Shown piece after piece: positions 1-14,600 of a stretch of 64,000 nt of DNA. Position 1 is the stretch's first letter, and the number at the start of each line of letters is the position of its first letter. Below the pieces are notes generated by a model. It was given only the letters and a program-made list of their open reading frames with translations. It had not been told where the DNA came from and searched no databases. The stretch is taken from assembly GCA_002104905.1 (NCBI GenBank), contig MCFE01000324.1:30910-94909 (forward strand). The letters run 5' to 3'. The stretch comes from Basidiobolus meristosporus CBS 931.73. Lineage: Eukaryota > Fungi > Basidiobolomycota. Position numbers and translations under genes: made by a program.

Positions 1-23
1 GCCTAGCTCCATTTCTCCCATAG

Positions 24-3000
24 GTGTTCGTACCTCCCGTTCCAACGATGGCCGACTCTCACAGGAACCAAACGTTGAAACAGACGCCTTGGATTGGGGT
101 GGTGACGTTTTGGAACGTAGAGTGGCGTATGACAACTTCACAACCATAGGTGGGGCATAGCTCTTACAGTAGTGCGATGCGACTCTAGATTACTGTTGCA
201 AGGAAGCTCATAGACCATTCTAAACAACTCTTTATAGATTGGATCCACGATTTTGCAAAGGAGCGTTCCCGCCTTAGGAAATTAAAGAAAAAGAAAGGAA
301 CCAGAGGAAAATGGTTACAAGTATCGGATGCTACTCAAGCGTGGATAATTGTCTTTGCTGTTGGTAATTGCGGTCTGTTCGCATTCCATTGATCTCCATC
401 TCACGCCTTTCTCTGTTCAGGGCTTGCTGCTGGGTTGATTGCTGCCCTTATTGATATATCTTCTGAATGGTTGAGTGATCTCCGAGAGGGATATTGCACC
501 ACTGGGTTCTATCTGAACAAGAAATTTTGTTGCTGGGAAATCGATGGTACTCATTGTTGGTTAGCTGAGCGCCTGTAATACACCACTCACCAGTTTTCAT
601 CAATGCAGATGGTGTTTCTTGTGATTATTGGCACAACTGGACCGGAAAATTCTGGGTTTCATACATCATCTACATAGTCACCGGGGTAACACTTCCCCTT
701 CTCATTTAATCGACACATCGTCTAACCCTTTTCTTTAGATCGGGTTTGCAGTAACCAGTGGTATCCTTGTCAAGCTTTATGCACCATACGCTATTTGGGA
801 CGGACTAGCTGAGGTGAAAACTATTCTTGGAGGGTTCATCATCAAAGGATTTCTAGGTGTTTGGACCTTAGTTATCAAGAGTCTTGGTTTGGTATGATCC
901 AGGCAGCGGCTGTTTTATTGAAATGTCCGATTAACAAGCTTTGCACTGTTAGATCCTTGCCGTAGCATCCGGACTGTCGCTTGGTAAAGAAGGTCCTCTG
1001 GTTCATATCACTTGCTGCTGCGGGAACGTGTTTCTTCGCCTTTTCCCTAAATACAGTCAAAATGAAGGTATAGGTAGCATGCATATACCGTCTAGCTCCG
1101 GTTTTTCTAATGGAAAATTTAGCGAAAAAAAGAGAGATTTTGTCGGCAGCTTCCGCAGGAGGAATTTCGGTTGCGTTCGGTGCACCTATCGGTGGAGTAC
1201 TTTTCAGTTTGGAGGTATGATTTCTTCCAGCCTGCTTGGCTCCAAGCATCTCACTTAGCCCAGATATTAGGAAGTGTCGTATTATTTCTCTGACTCAACA
1301 ATGTGGAGAAGTTTCTTTTGCGCGATGGTTGCTTCAGTCGTCCTCCAGGTATGGAACGCCAAGCATTGAAGTCGCACCGTTTTACCGATTCTCATATCTT
1401 CCTTAGATGGTGAACCCGTTCAGGACTGGAAAATTGGTTTTGTTCCAAGCCTCTTACAACCGCGATTGGCACGGTTTCGAAATGATCTTCTTCGTCTTCT
1501 TGGGGATTTTGGGTGGGCTGTTGGGTGCACTCATCATCCGGTTAAATCTACGCATTACACGCATTCGAAACACATCTTTTATTCGCCATTACCCTATCAC
1601 CGAAATTGTTATAGTGGCAGCGATTACTGCGCTAATAAGTTATTTGAATATCTTCATGAGAGTAGACTCTACCGAACTCATCTCCAATCTATTTCGTGAG
1701 TGTGAGGGGAACGACTACTATACACTATGTAATCATAACACCTTTGCCTCCAACGTGGGGCTACTGATCGTGGCAGCCATTCTCAAGATAGTACTCACCG
1801 TCCTAACGTTTGGTATTCAACTCCCTGCGGGTATTTTCATGCCTTCTATGGTTGTGGGGGCATGCTGTGGTAGAGCACTGGGCATTTTGGTGGAAGCATG
1901 GCAACGGTAAGAATAATACGTATGTCTCCATCGACCTTGTACTCAATTCGTTCCTTCGAAATGAACCAGATATTATCCAACATTCTGGCTTTTTGCAAGC
2001 TGCCCACCTGAAGGCTCATGCATCACTCCCGGAACGTACGCATTGGTCGGAGCAACAGCCGCGCTCGGTGGCGTTACTAGAATGACAGGTATGCATGCAC
2101 AAGCACTTGGACACCTATGAAGTCGCTAACATCCTTTCTTTAGTTTCTCTGGTCGTTATCATGTTCGAGTTGACTGGTGCACTGACATATGTGTTGCCTA
2201 TCATGATTGCAGGTATTGTGAGGGAACTTTGTGTGGGCCTACTAGCCTTCGAGCTAATCATCGCTTTTTAGTTATGCTGAGCAAATGGGTTGGTGATGCG
2301 TTCGGAAAAGGAGGGATTTACGATGGAGTCATCAAGCTTCAGGGATATCCGTTCCTGGATAATAAAGAAACCTACAATTATGACTTCATCGGGTCCCAGG
2401 TAATGACTCGGGTTGATGATCTCGTGGTGATACCTGCCAATTCCACCACCCTGGATAGTCTAGGTAATTCCTTATGATGAACTGGCCTGCAGAAGTGTCG
2501 CTTAAGTTGGAGCAAATTCTAGATGAAATCATGCAGTTTACCGACTACAAAGGGTTCCCGGTAGTGAGCTCACTGCGCGATATGATGCTGATCGGATTTA
2601 TCTCGCGTAACGAGCTTCGGTTTGCCATCGGTAAGTTTCATACGATCCACTACAAACAAGCGAATACCAAGGATCCATTCCTAACTCTACTTAAGATCAA
2701 GCCAAACGAGCAGATGGGATTTCTGGATCAAGCCCGTGCTACTTTGGTACGGCCTTGCCAGTTCTTGAGGCAACAGCGTATGTTGATCTCCGCCCGTGGA
2801 TGGATATGGTAATGTGGTGAAGATGGCTCCGTCAATGAGCAACCTATTGACATCGTTTGTGTTTAGACGCCGATCACCGCTTCGTACAAGCTTTCTATGG
2901 AGACAGTGATGGAGTTGTTCCGCAAAATGGTAAGCGGAAGAATGGTACTCGTGCTCTCCGTCGTCAGGAGTCGACTAACTGGTGTTCTCAGGGAATCCGC

Positions 3001-3153
3001 TACCTACTCTTCGTGCAAAACGGAAAGCTCCACGGGCTGCTTACGAAGAAAGACATCCTCCGGCACTTAGCCGTCGTCCACCGCATCCAACGAATGGACG
3101 GGGAAAACCGGTTTCATTCGCTAAATCTTCGACTCAACGAGTTCGACAGTTGA
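24..3153 (+). CDS. CLC-family chloride channel / Cl-/H+ antiporter (GEF1/ClC-3-like), multi-exon, 5' end lies upstream of the window
   Basis: Spliced frames give [55 protein letters not shown] and two CBS domains; stop TGA at 3151-3153. Confidence 0.93.
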
Positions 3154-3812
3154 CTTGGCCTGGCCCATTCCACATCCCACACCCCACGCCCCACACACAT
3201 ACACCCAACCGTACAAGTCAAACAACTGTAATATACCATCATGTCACCCCCACATAAAGAGAAGTTCGCTGAATTTTATTGACTGCAGTTAATGTGTGGT
3301 TTTTACATGGGATAGGAAGTAAAATACACGAGCGGACTCTTCGTTGGAGTCGGGTCGAGGATGTTCATGAGTCACAGAATACGCTGGTTGATAAAACTAC
3401 AAAAAAAAGCACGGAACGGGATGGGTGGAGTCACGGAGATAGGATAAGATATAGAGGGGATTTCGCTGGTGCATTAATGGATTTCAAGAAGGGGCATTAG
3501 CGTGGTGGATATATATTATGTAGGTTGGCTTTTCTAACTCTCGTCAATAGGGGGGGGGGAATGGTTTCGGTTGAATCGACTCTAGTGTGCTGTTTACATA
3601 CTCTCTACATACCCTATCACTTTCTCCTATTCCCTTGATTCAGTGTTATCCAAGAAATGGTCAAGCAACATGAGACGAGGATTATACACATTGGGATAGT
3701 TTTGTAAAGGTACAAGATTATTTACTCTGGCGATGGGGTTAGAAGATTGCCCGGGAAGGTTGCATGAGGGAGAATGTGAACCACTTACAGGATATATGTT
3801 GCTTCGAACAGG

Positions 3813-6800
3813 TTATATCTGAGTCAAGAAAGTCAAGCCCTACACAATGCCTGCCGTCAGTACCGGTCGGAATGGTGGACTATGCAATGGGTCACTTACA
3901 TTGGATTCCAAATACCCCGCCAGGCCATCCGAGTTCTGCTTACTGGCTGCCAGGAACTTCTTCAGGTCCACTTTCGATTGCTTGTACTCGGTTGCCAACT
4001 GCGCTTCGCCCTGCACAAGAACGTAAGGTTCAGCTTTCCCGAATGGGAACTCACTTGCACAGACCGGGACTTACCTGCTCATCTCTTCTTCGCTTGAGGA
4101 AAGACGCCACGACCTTGGACGCGGGCGGGTTCAGAGCCGACGACTTTGTCAACGGCTCCAGCACGCGTGGTAGATCGGCCAGCTCGATTCGGGCCCCCTC
4201 CATCATGATCCCCATGTACTCGAAGGCCTGTGGGACGTCTATCGAGATGTCCTCCAGTTCGGATGCGACCGCGACGACGCTATCCACGAAGGCATTCTTT
4301 TCGATGATGTGCTCGGTGGCCAAGGTGTTGAGGAGGTTACTGGTTTGCTTGACTTGGTCCGGCTTCTTGTCAAACGCCTCGAAGAAGAACTCGGTCACTA
4401 CGTGCTCATGGTATTCGGGACCACCGAGCTCCTGTATACACAGTTTCACCTCGTTCACGTCGCGGACCGAGAAATACTCCTCGATCATGGCCTTGATCTT
4501 AGCGTGGGCTTCATCCTTGCTCAGTTTGCCCTTTGCCGTCGGGGCGGAGTTGGCGAGGTTTCTCTCGGGGGTGGTAGGTTCCTTGGTCGAGTCGTCGGCC
4601 TTCTTGGATCTTTCCGAGGACATCAATGCGCTAAACATGTTCTTGCTGTTGCTGTGGTTCTTAGGCTTGGCATCATCCTTTCCCTTTGTGTCCGCACTCT
4701 TCCAGCCTTTAGAGCCTCCCCCGAGCACGCCAAATACGCCGCCACCTGGCCCGAGGCTGACCTGAGCCCCTGTCTTGCTACGTGTGAAGTTCCCGAAGCC
4801 AGAAAGATCCACCTTGCGAGAGGTGTTGCTGGCGGTGTTTCCAACTGTGTTCCAGCCGTCATGGGACATACCGCCAGAGCGTCGGTCTCTGCGTTCCGAG
4901 CCGGTACGAGAGAGATGATGGTGGTTCGGTCCATAGCCTCTGCCCCCGGAGCTAGTCGTTTTCCTCAGCATCTCCGCAGTCTCCTCCTTCTCCTTCTGTG
5001 CATCCTCGTGGATCTGAGAGATGGTCTTGGGGCCAGCGGCTTCCCTTCGAGGCACCCAGTTGTGAGCACGTAGCTCGATGATGTCGAGGAGCATGAAGCG
5101 GATGCGGCTGCTTAATTTACGGTTCACCGACATCTCCTTCACTCGGGCGAAGTAGGTGTCCATGTAAGCCTTCGCTTCTTTACGATCCAGCTGCTTTCCG
5201 ACGGTGGTCATCAGTTTGCACAGACTTTCCGTCTCTTCCTCCTCAGGAGATTGGACGTTGCTGAGCAAGCGTTTGATGCATTCGTGCATGATTCGCTCGG
5301 TCAACATCCCCAACTTGAACAGCTCCCCGATGAACATAATCAGGCCCAAGCCACGACGCTTGGCCTTTGCCGCTATGTAGTACTCATCACTGAGCAATGC
5401 ATCGGCGCCTTCGGCGGCGGGATCCAGGGGTGAGTTGACCTTCCAGCCTTTCTCGAACTCCTCCTGGCATCTGCTCAGCAGATATTTGCGGAACAGGGAG
5501 CCGCCGATGATGTACTTGCCGTCCTTGTTCTTGACGTTCTCGTCCTTGACCTCCGGACTGAGCTTGTCCATCATTCTCCGGCAGAGCGAGGCGTAAATGG
5601 ATACGAAGTTCGGCTCGTCGGTGGCCTTCTCGAACGTGATCTGGATCACGGTCTGGAGGGATTTCCCGTCGTTCTCCTGGGCGGAAAGGTTTCCGTACTC
5701 CGTAATCTTCTCGCTGATCGAGTCGAACTTCTCCAGGGTCAGCTTGTTGAGGAGTGACTTGACCTTGCGCACTATATCCTCGCTCCTGATCTCATCCTCG
5801 TGGTTGCTGGTCGGCTTTAAGGAGACGGGGACCCATCGGTTTTCGGAATGGTCCAGCGGGGCCACTTCGTCCAACGGAATGGTGGGCCCGCCGATTTGTG
5901 GTCGGTCATGCTTACGCTTGTCCCCACGACCAGAGCGAGAGCCACGGTTATCTCCTCGGGGACCCATGTTAAGGTGCATGCCCTGGTTTGATCCAATATT
6001 CAGGCCCATCCCCATAGGCATTGATGGCATGCCGCCACTCGCCGTTCTTGGACCCAACCCGCGGCCGAAGCCACCCATGCCATTCCGGTGCATATTCGGC
6101 CCTGGGAATCGCTCCTCGTTGTTGCGGGGTGTGTGCTTGAATGCCCCCATGTCATTGGGAAAGGCATTCGGTCCTTTAAAGCTTCCGCGGCCGGCACCCC
6201 CAGGTCTACGGCCCATACTGCTAGGCCTCCTCTCGGCACTCTCCTCGATTCCGAGGGATTCCAGGCTTGGCATGCTGGCCGGTTTCTCCCTGCACACCTC
6301 TGAGAACTGCAGCAAAAACGAGCGGTCGTACCGTAGTTTTCCCTCGGTGACCGAGGCGGGGCCTTGAATGTTGGGAGGATAAGGCACATGATTCAATTGG
6401 TCGTGGTTAAGAATGCTTGGTGTGGTCGGGTTGGCGTCGGGTTTGACCGAGTCTTCGCATTGCTCTTCCACATCCTCGTCAGCTTCGCTCTCACTGAGTG
6501 TCGCCTCACTGTTATCGATGGCTGTGGCATCGTCGACCGTCTTCTTGGCATCGTCGGTGGTCTTGAGAGCATCGTCTACCTCAGGCTCCGCGCTTACAGG
6601 TTCTACGGGTGCTTTCTCGGCTTCGACCAGTAGCTCTGATGCTTGCTCTGTAGAGCTAGCCTCAGCTGCCTTGGATTCTACGAGAGCTACATTACTGTGA
6701 GAGGGTTCGGCCAGCAGGCTGCCGGCTGCAGGGAGCTTGTCACTATCTACTGCTGGATGCTCTTCTGAGATTGCATCTACGGTTGCTTGGGCGTCATTAT

Positions 6801-8761
6801 TCTTGTGGGTCTCTTCGGAGACCTCGGGATGAGCCTGCAATACAGGAAGAATTTCAACTGCATCAGACTTGATCTCCTCCGACTTAGCACCAGTCACCCC
6901 AGATGGGAGAGTCTCTTCTGTCGCCGAATGGTGGCTCTCATCCTTCGCCGGCTCCGGAGCCACCTCGGCCTTGACAATCGGCACTGGGGCCTCTTTCTTG
7001 ATCTCCAACTCCTGGACGACACTCTTGACGTCCACCTTTTTATCGGGCTCCTCGTGGTGTTGCAGTTTGGTGGCAGGGTTGACGATTGGTATGGCCTTGG
7101 AGATCTTCTTCTGGGGCACGCTAAAGAACTCCGCATCGGAGTCTAGCGACTTGGGATCCCTATCCTTCTTCTCCGCCTGGCTTGCCGCAGCGGCGAGGGC
7201 CTCAGTGGATGAGGATTTCTTGGAAATGTCCACCACACCACCCGTCTCGGGATTCACAATCTTGATCGCCTTGCTCTGCTTCGGCTGCGGTGTCACGAAC
7301 CCACCGGAGCCGGAGGGCATCCGCTGCTGAGGAATCCCACCCGGCATGTGAGGAACCACCCCGTAAGGCATCTGGTACACTGGCCTATAGTACGCCTGCT
7401 GCGTCGAAGGATCGAACTGCGGGGGGTAGCTAGCATACTGGTACGGGTACTAAAAATACGAGAATCATCAATGTTTGCTTTCGGGGGGAAGTCTACAAGA
7501 TACATACATATGGCGCACCCCACGCTTGCACTGGAGTACCCGGAGGGATCGCTACCGACATGGGCGACATGCTTGGGGACAAGGTAACGTGTGGGATAGG
7601 TGGGGTGAGTGGGATTTGGGCCGGGCTGAGGCCTGGCTTTTCTCTACCTCTCTGCTGGGGTGACGTAAACTGGCCGTGAACGGCAGGGCCATTGGCGAGG
7701 ATGGGGGAAGCCATAGTCATAGAGATAGGAGACTGTGGGTATGGCGGCCGGATATGTGTTTGTAGTGGTGAGGGATGAGGCTGATGCATTTGTAAAGGGG
7801 ATTGCGGGTGAAAATGATGAGACGGTTGGTGTGCAGGTGGTGCGTGGTGTACAGTTGGGGAGGGGATACTTGGCGGTCTTGGCGAAGGTTGGGGCGTCCG
7901 ATGAGTAGGCTGGGCCTCCGGGTATCCATTCGGATGAGCAGTGTGGGGTTTCGACTTGGAGCCATCAGAAGCTGATGGGCCTCTGTAGTTCGGATTAGTA
8001 CTGCTTTTCGAATGGTAGCCGCCGTAAGATTTATTGGAGTTATCCTGGAGCCGGTTGTGGAGCTGAGGAGAGTGTGAACCGCCCCTAGAGCCATTTTGAT
8101 ATCTCGAACTGCCGCCTCCCACCGGCCGAACGGGTGTAGGGGGCCTTGGTGAGGATTTCAGAGGGAAGGACTGGGAAAGTTTTAGTGGTGGGGAGACATC
8201 ATCTAAACGACTTTGCCTTTTACTCACCGCGGCCTCTTTAGAGATCACGACTGGGGAAGTTGGATTTTTGCTGAAAGGTGGCTCGGTATTTAGCGAGCTC
8301 TGGCCCAAAGTTCCGAATTGAATCCCAGGCGCTGCAAAAATACCAGGGTAAGATGGTTGAAAAGTGGCCCGTGGGGAAGTGACTTGGTTACCTGTGGTGT
8401 TCGGGTTGGGCTGAGAGGGAGTGTCGGCCGATTTAGAAAAAGGTTTTTTCCCCCAAGCATTATTACTTGAGGTCAGATGTGAAGGGTTCCGTGGGCCGGA
8501 TCTAATAGGTGGATAGCAGTTAAGGAGAGCAAGTGGGACAAGTCAGCAATGGGCTGTTCAAAGCAAGTAAGGATACGAGTAATGTGGTGTCTTTCCCGAG
8601 GTGGAGGGAGCCCCATTTGTGTTTTTGTGTTGTGTGGATGGAATGGTTGATACTGGCTCAGAAGCGGTGGATTTCGATTGAGTGGACGGTTGCTGTCTAG
8701 TGGTTTGGGCATATGAGATAGGCGGTGCACCGTTACTAAAATGATTGGACTTGCGGTTCAT
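3813..8761 (-). CDS. TIF4631: Translation initiation factor eIF4G (eIF4E-binding motif, MIF4G and MA3 domains), multi-exon
   Basis: YDRSFLLQF (YxxxxL-phi), KVKSLLNKLT...FEKATDEPNF MIF4G, C-terminal MA3 (MIEEYFSVRD). Manual splicing gives terminal exons at 3813-3839 and 3900-4010; the start MNRKSNH at 8761 is approximate. Confidence 0.93.
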
Positions 8762-9284
8762 AACTAATGATGCTTGAGGACGCAAACCGTTAAGGTTTAA
8801 AGGCTTGAAACAATGGGTAGGCCAGGGTTTGATGGAGTGCACGTTTAGTTGCCAGCAGTCAGGGGGTATATTGAGGTCAGATTCAATTGAAATCAATTAA
8901 ATCCAGAGAAATGCTATCCTGCTATAATGTGAGCTGGATGAAATCCCGATAAATCTTTCAGGAACCCGATAGTTTTATAGGAGTGACGGGAGCAAGTCAT
9001 CGCTTGTTGAAATCAACGTTTATTGTCCGCAAATGCACTACTCTGACTACACAAATCAATCACGAATATCAAAACAAATGGCCAATCAAACCCATCACCA
9101 ACACTGTGGAAACAAGGAGAAGAACAGAGGGAACGTTGTTGACAAGAAGTGCAAAGCAAAGCATCGTGTGACGGCCTAGTTGTAAGGTGACGCAAGCGCC
9201 CAATCACAGTCAGCCATGAGTTTTGTACTTCGATTCATTCATTCATAAATTGGATTATATTTTGATTTGGCTGTATAACCTACT

Positions 9285-11114
9285 CTAGGCCCAGGCATGA
9301 ACCATCAGCTTTTGGACTGCAAGCAAAGCCTGATATCTAACATCGGAGCTTTCGTGAGCCATAAGCTCCATGATGCGTTGCTTGGCCCCAATGTCCTGTA
9401 CGACTTTCTTGCCATTCGCGAAGTGCTTGACGTACTGGCCAACATCGTGAGCGCCGACTGCAAGCACCAGTGGATCATTGGATGTGGCGAGAAGTCGACT
9501 TAGACGCCTGCAATCAACGTTAGACAACTCAATAAGCTAAACAGCTCGGCTCATGCGCTTACTTCAATAGCTCATAATCGTTCTCGTTGAGACGGCTGCT
9601 GTTTTGTGCCCAGAACTGCTCCGATTGATGGGCTGGCGACCATGACAGTTTTCCTGATTCCAGCTCGCTGACATATTCATCAAAAGTGCTGGAAATTCGA
9701 TGTTTAGCGACTGCTCTCCAAAGAACAGGCTTATGCGCTTACGTTAGGCTCTGGAAATTCTCCTCCAGCTCTGCTCTGATATATTCCAAGTCGTCAATAA
9801 TATCAGGATCTGACCACTTTCTGGTGGCAAGGTTCTTGGTGAAATTCAAGATCTTGTGAACCAGGAGAGCAGCCATATTTTCTTCGGGTGCCTTCTCTAA
9901 CAGATTCTGTCAAGTGTCTGTTAGCGCATGGTCGGAAAGAAAGAGGCAGCATGAGCTTACTCTATAAGTGGCAAAGACAACTCGGATCACCTTCTCCTTG
10001 ACAGAGGCTTTGGCCACATTGAGGAAGGCAGGAATGACGTCATATTTCCTTTGGAGAGGACGTCAGTTGTATATTCGACTGCTTAACATCATCACACTTA
10101 CGCATTGACCTCCTCAGCAATATGCTTCTCGAAGGTTAGAAGCCAGAAGCAGAAGATGATCTGGTATTGCATTTGAGAGTTACTGCCGCTTCGTTCAAGC
10201 AAATCTGCCAATCTATTGGCAATGCTTAGCTGCCGCACTGGATTAGGAAGCCGAGGATTACACTTACGAAGAGACCCCGTTACGGGTTTCATAGAATTGA
10301 ACCCTGTAGTTGGAAACACGCAAGAGTGACTCTAGATTCTGCACGGCAATATCGGCTACGTTGGCGTTTTTGCTTTGAAGTTGAGCGGCGATCCATTGGA
10401 AAAAGTCCTTGAGGTCAACCCCAGCAGGCTTCTTCGCAGTACTTCAGAGTTGGAGCACGGTTAGCGCATTTCTGCATAGGGATGATTCTGCTACTTACGA
10501 AAGGAGCGTTGTCAAAATTTTACTTGATTTTAGAGCAAGAAAATCATCATCCTTAGTGAGGCATCTAGAGAAATATTCCATTGTCACTATATAGATTTCC
10601 TGTTGCACTACATCTGCACTTACTTTAGCAACGGGGCATAAGGCAGCTTTGCATTCCCAACTGAGGTCTCATGGAAAAAGGCTGCATTGGTGTCTTTACC
10701 TTCCAGAATATCATCCATGAGTACCAACAGCCGTTGAAGGGTATCTGTGCGAGTGAGTTTATCGGTGAGATTGACCAAAGCTTGGGCCAACACTGCCCCT
10801 TCCTCCTTGTAAACATTCAGTTGTGTCAGTGGCTCATACACAAACCATTTTCGAGCAGTTATTCCCTGTACCTGAGAAACCTCTTGAAGCTTTACACCAG
10901 ACTTATCATAGATACTCAGTATACGTAGTTCTTCCTCGCTGATGAGTCCGAGCCCGCGGCATTCCTACAGGTGAGCAGTCAGTGAGGTGGGATAGTTGAC
11001 TATTTATTGCTAAGAGCAACTTGCCTCCCACAAGACTGGCTTTTGGCGGGCAGCAGAGGTGAGCTCCTCTAAATGAGGGTTTGAGACTAGTGAAGTAGGG
11101 AATATCTCGGCCAT
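9285..11114 (-). CDS. VMA13: V-type ATPase subunit H, multi-exon
   Basis: Q.QYQIIFCFWLLTF, VKEKVIR, LAVGAHDVGQYVK, VRYQALLAVQKLM motifs; first exon MAEIFPTSLVSNPHLEEL...LWE ends at a GC-AG intron. Confidence 0.92.
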
Positions 11115-11652
11115 AGCTAGGAAAAAGAGTTCAGTTTAATGGAGGTACCAAGCGTTTATGAGGAACGCCTTAATGTGAAGACAGCTGAGACTGGGAAATC
11201 CCACCCTGTCGATTTAAACTTGTCAAGCCTGGAACTTCAATGGATACTCCTCGGATTTCAACAGAAATCGCCCATTTTAGATTTGTATCTCACCGTAATT
11301 ATCCACTCCATTATGGCAACCAATGAGCAGTTGTCCTTGAAAGTTTATTTCACAGGTTTGAAGGTGGCGTTTCAATCTTTCTTAAACTAATGTACCAATC
11401 AGACCTACATAAATTAATTGCAGAATTTCTGCTGACGGGGGTATTGATCTTTACCACAGTGCTACTATATTGGGAAGAGGTAACAGCTGTATTCACAAAT
11501 GTTACTGATCAACGAGTTTATTCGAAAGCTGTTGTTTAGACAGTCTAGTCTGAATGGGTTGAATTGGCTGGATTTGGGGCAAAACGGCTTGTTCAAAGGT
11601 GTGACCTGCAGCACCATACGAACAGAGCATTCGCCAACACGGAACGCTTCGT

Positions 11653-14600
11653 CTACCCAGATGGCTTCCGCCGAGTCGTATCATAGGCACGAATCAGACT
11701 CGCCTGGCCGGTTTCTGTTTGAGAGAAAGCATATCCGCGGCTCATCTTCATTCTCTGGATGATTCGAACTTTGCGTACCACCTTGCGGAACCTTTCCATA
11801 CGTGGTCGATAGTCAGGAACGTTGAATTTCTGGATCTCTTGAACATGGTGATATGGCTTAGCAAAGTACATGCGTTTTACACTACCGTCGGTATATGTGG
11901 TTAGTTTGGGGTGGTTTACGGACATGTAGAAGTGCCTTACTATTTCCAGATGTAGTCGCGCAGAATGCAGATGACGGGAACTAAGACTATAGAGAACCAG
12001 AATATGGGGTTACCATACAGTACCGGCAATAACCCATCATATTCCTCTGCTATTCCAAGGGATGAAGCAGCTGTTGCATATATGGGAAAGAAGATTAGCC
12101 ATATAATAAACGATCCCGGAATCGCTAACCAGGTGTATTTAGTCCATAGGCTTGATGGTGGTGTTAGGTAGATACGTTTAAGGTTATGTAAACATAAACA
12201 CATACTTGGTGATGAGTGCTGCTTTCAAAAGCACGGTCAGTAGAACCGCGGTATAAAGCGTGGTTCCGAAAACCCACTGGCCTCCAATCTCACCATTCTT
12301 GAGGATTGTGTCGTTCCAAAAGATTCCCATGGTGAGGAAGTATAAGAGTAACGAATGATAAAACGCATTCATTGTCCAGCACCAGAAGGTTCTCACGTTG
12401 AACTAGATAACAAACGATCAGCAATCTTCGGTCCATGAGTCTCCCGTGGCAGCTTTCTACTCACGAATTCTTTGCTTTGTCCAAGTTTGTACATCTCGGG
12501 GTAGCGGTCAAGCATTCTTGCACAAACAAATTGATCGAATATGCCAATCACCATGGGCGGCATTACTGTAAACAGTACATTGTACAAGGTGATGGTCCAA
12601 GATTCGTAAGCGCTCTAATTCCAAAGAAGTAGAGTTAGAAAGAAAGATCGAGATCAGCAGCATTATATCCGAGTGGCTCTTACTTGGCCGGAAAACCCAT
12701 TGAAAAATGCAAACTAGACAATGAGTTAGATCGGTTTGGGTGCATTTTGCTTGGCACAACTTACCCAAAACTGTGTCATATACAACGTGATATTCTTGTA
12801 GAACGAGTACAGGATCAGCTTGCTTAGCCTTTGATAACTCCAAGCGCCGTGTACAAGTAGTAGCTTGGTAAGATAGCGGAATTGGCTTATTGCAAAATCG
12901 GCACTACGAGCTGCCTGCAACCCCTCTAGACCATTGATGCCGACGCCAATATGTGCAGCCTGTATCATACTTACGTCGTTGGCACCATCACCAATAGCCA
13001 AAAGAATTGACTTCAGATGCTTTTTCACTAATTTAACAACTAACGCCTTTTGCAGCGGAGAAACGCGACAACAAATCACTGCTTTACATCTGGTAGCGAG
13101 CTCCAGAAATTGGACTTCCAAGTCCTCGCCTAGTGCGTAAGTCAGTGCCGCTCCATTGATAACTAAGGCTAGCGGCTCACTCTCAAGAGTGCACTTTTTG
13201 GCACTCTGAATAGCATAAAGTCTCTCCGTCAGCTCTTTTTCAAAATCAACATGAGATTCTTGATCAAAGACCAGCAACCTCATATCTTCGGTCAACAACT
13301 TGCAACTGTAGCCGATATTGATGGCCGTCTCTTGCCTATCACCAGTTAAGATCCATATTTTGATTCCTGCCTGTTACAAAGCGGTCAGCAATATACCAGG
13401 AACATTCAAGAACCTCGCCGTCAACGAACCTGCGCAAGAGTATGAATGGTAGTGGGCACACCATCCTGTAGTTTATCTTCGATTGCGGTGGCTCCCAGTA
13501 GAAATAGATCTTTCTCGATTATCTCCGCCGCCTTGTCGAGTTCCTCCTGGCGATTTACCAGTGTGGTGGCCGCATTCTCATAGATTAACGACCAAGATTG
13601 ATACTCCTCTTCCGGTATTTCTCTCATAGAGATGCATAGCGTGCGCAATCCCTCGGTAGCATATTCCTGCTCATCACGTGTGAGAAATGGTCTCATTCTG
13701 CTTGATTACAAAACCTACCTCCAGGTGAGCCACGGTACTTGCTAGAAATGGATTTTGAGGCGCCAGCCTTTCCAAAATTACCGTATCTGCCCCCTTGCAG
13801 TATAACTTGATTTTGCCATCAGGTCCTCGGACTATGGCAGACATCCGTTTTCTGGTGCTATTGAATTCGCAAATATTCAGAATCTCAAACTCCTTGTCTT
13901 CTCCACGGATGTTAATAGTTACAGATTTAGGCCGGCGCGTCTATTTGAAACTGTAAGTACGGCGTCAGTTTTTGGTAGCTCAACTTCCTACCGTAAAGAC
14001 GTAGCCTAATAATGAGGCGCCTTTGACTAATGCACCTTCATCGGGAGAAGCAGCCTGATACGTAATATCTGATAACCCAAAGCATTAGCAGTTGTTGTTT
14101 CTGTTCGCTATTTTCATCTTATGTGTTACCATCAGGGTCACTCTCACTACGTTCAGGGATCACTGTGTGGCAAGTGGATAACAAGGTCAGAAACTCCTGG
14201 ATGACTACGGAGGTAGAATGCGAGTGGACATTCGAATGGATTCTATCAAAGTCATGTTGGCCGGCTGGTAGAGATCCCTCCACTGATTGAGTATGCTTAA
14301 TAGGGTCAACTTTGTCGGTATATCCGATCCCTCCTATCGAGCATTGACGAAATTCCATTTCATTGCACGTTAGCGTCCCAGTCTTGTCTGAGAAAATGTA
14401 TTCAATCTGTCGTAGCTCAGTGTAAGTCACAAGCTAAGCATCGGATTTGGTTTGATAATACCTGGCCAAGCTCCTCGACTAAGGAGCTAGTTCTAGCAAG
14501 AGCAGGCGTATCCGTTTTCTCCGAGTACATGTCCAAGTCAGAATTGATAAGCGCGGCCTGCTGATATTTGACGACCTCCATGGTAACAATCAAACTGAGT

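Noticed and set aside
3764-7330. Long antisense and alternate-frame ORFs over eIF4G (also over ODC, ACL, RPL18, ADE16, H2B and the LPMOs)
   Set aside because: These are shadows of GC3-rich coding sequence with no recognisable motifs.
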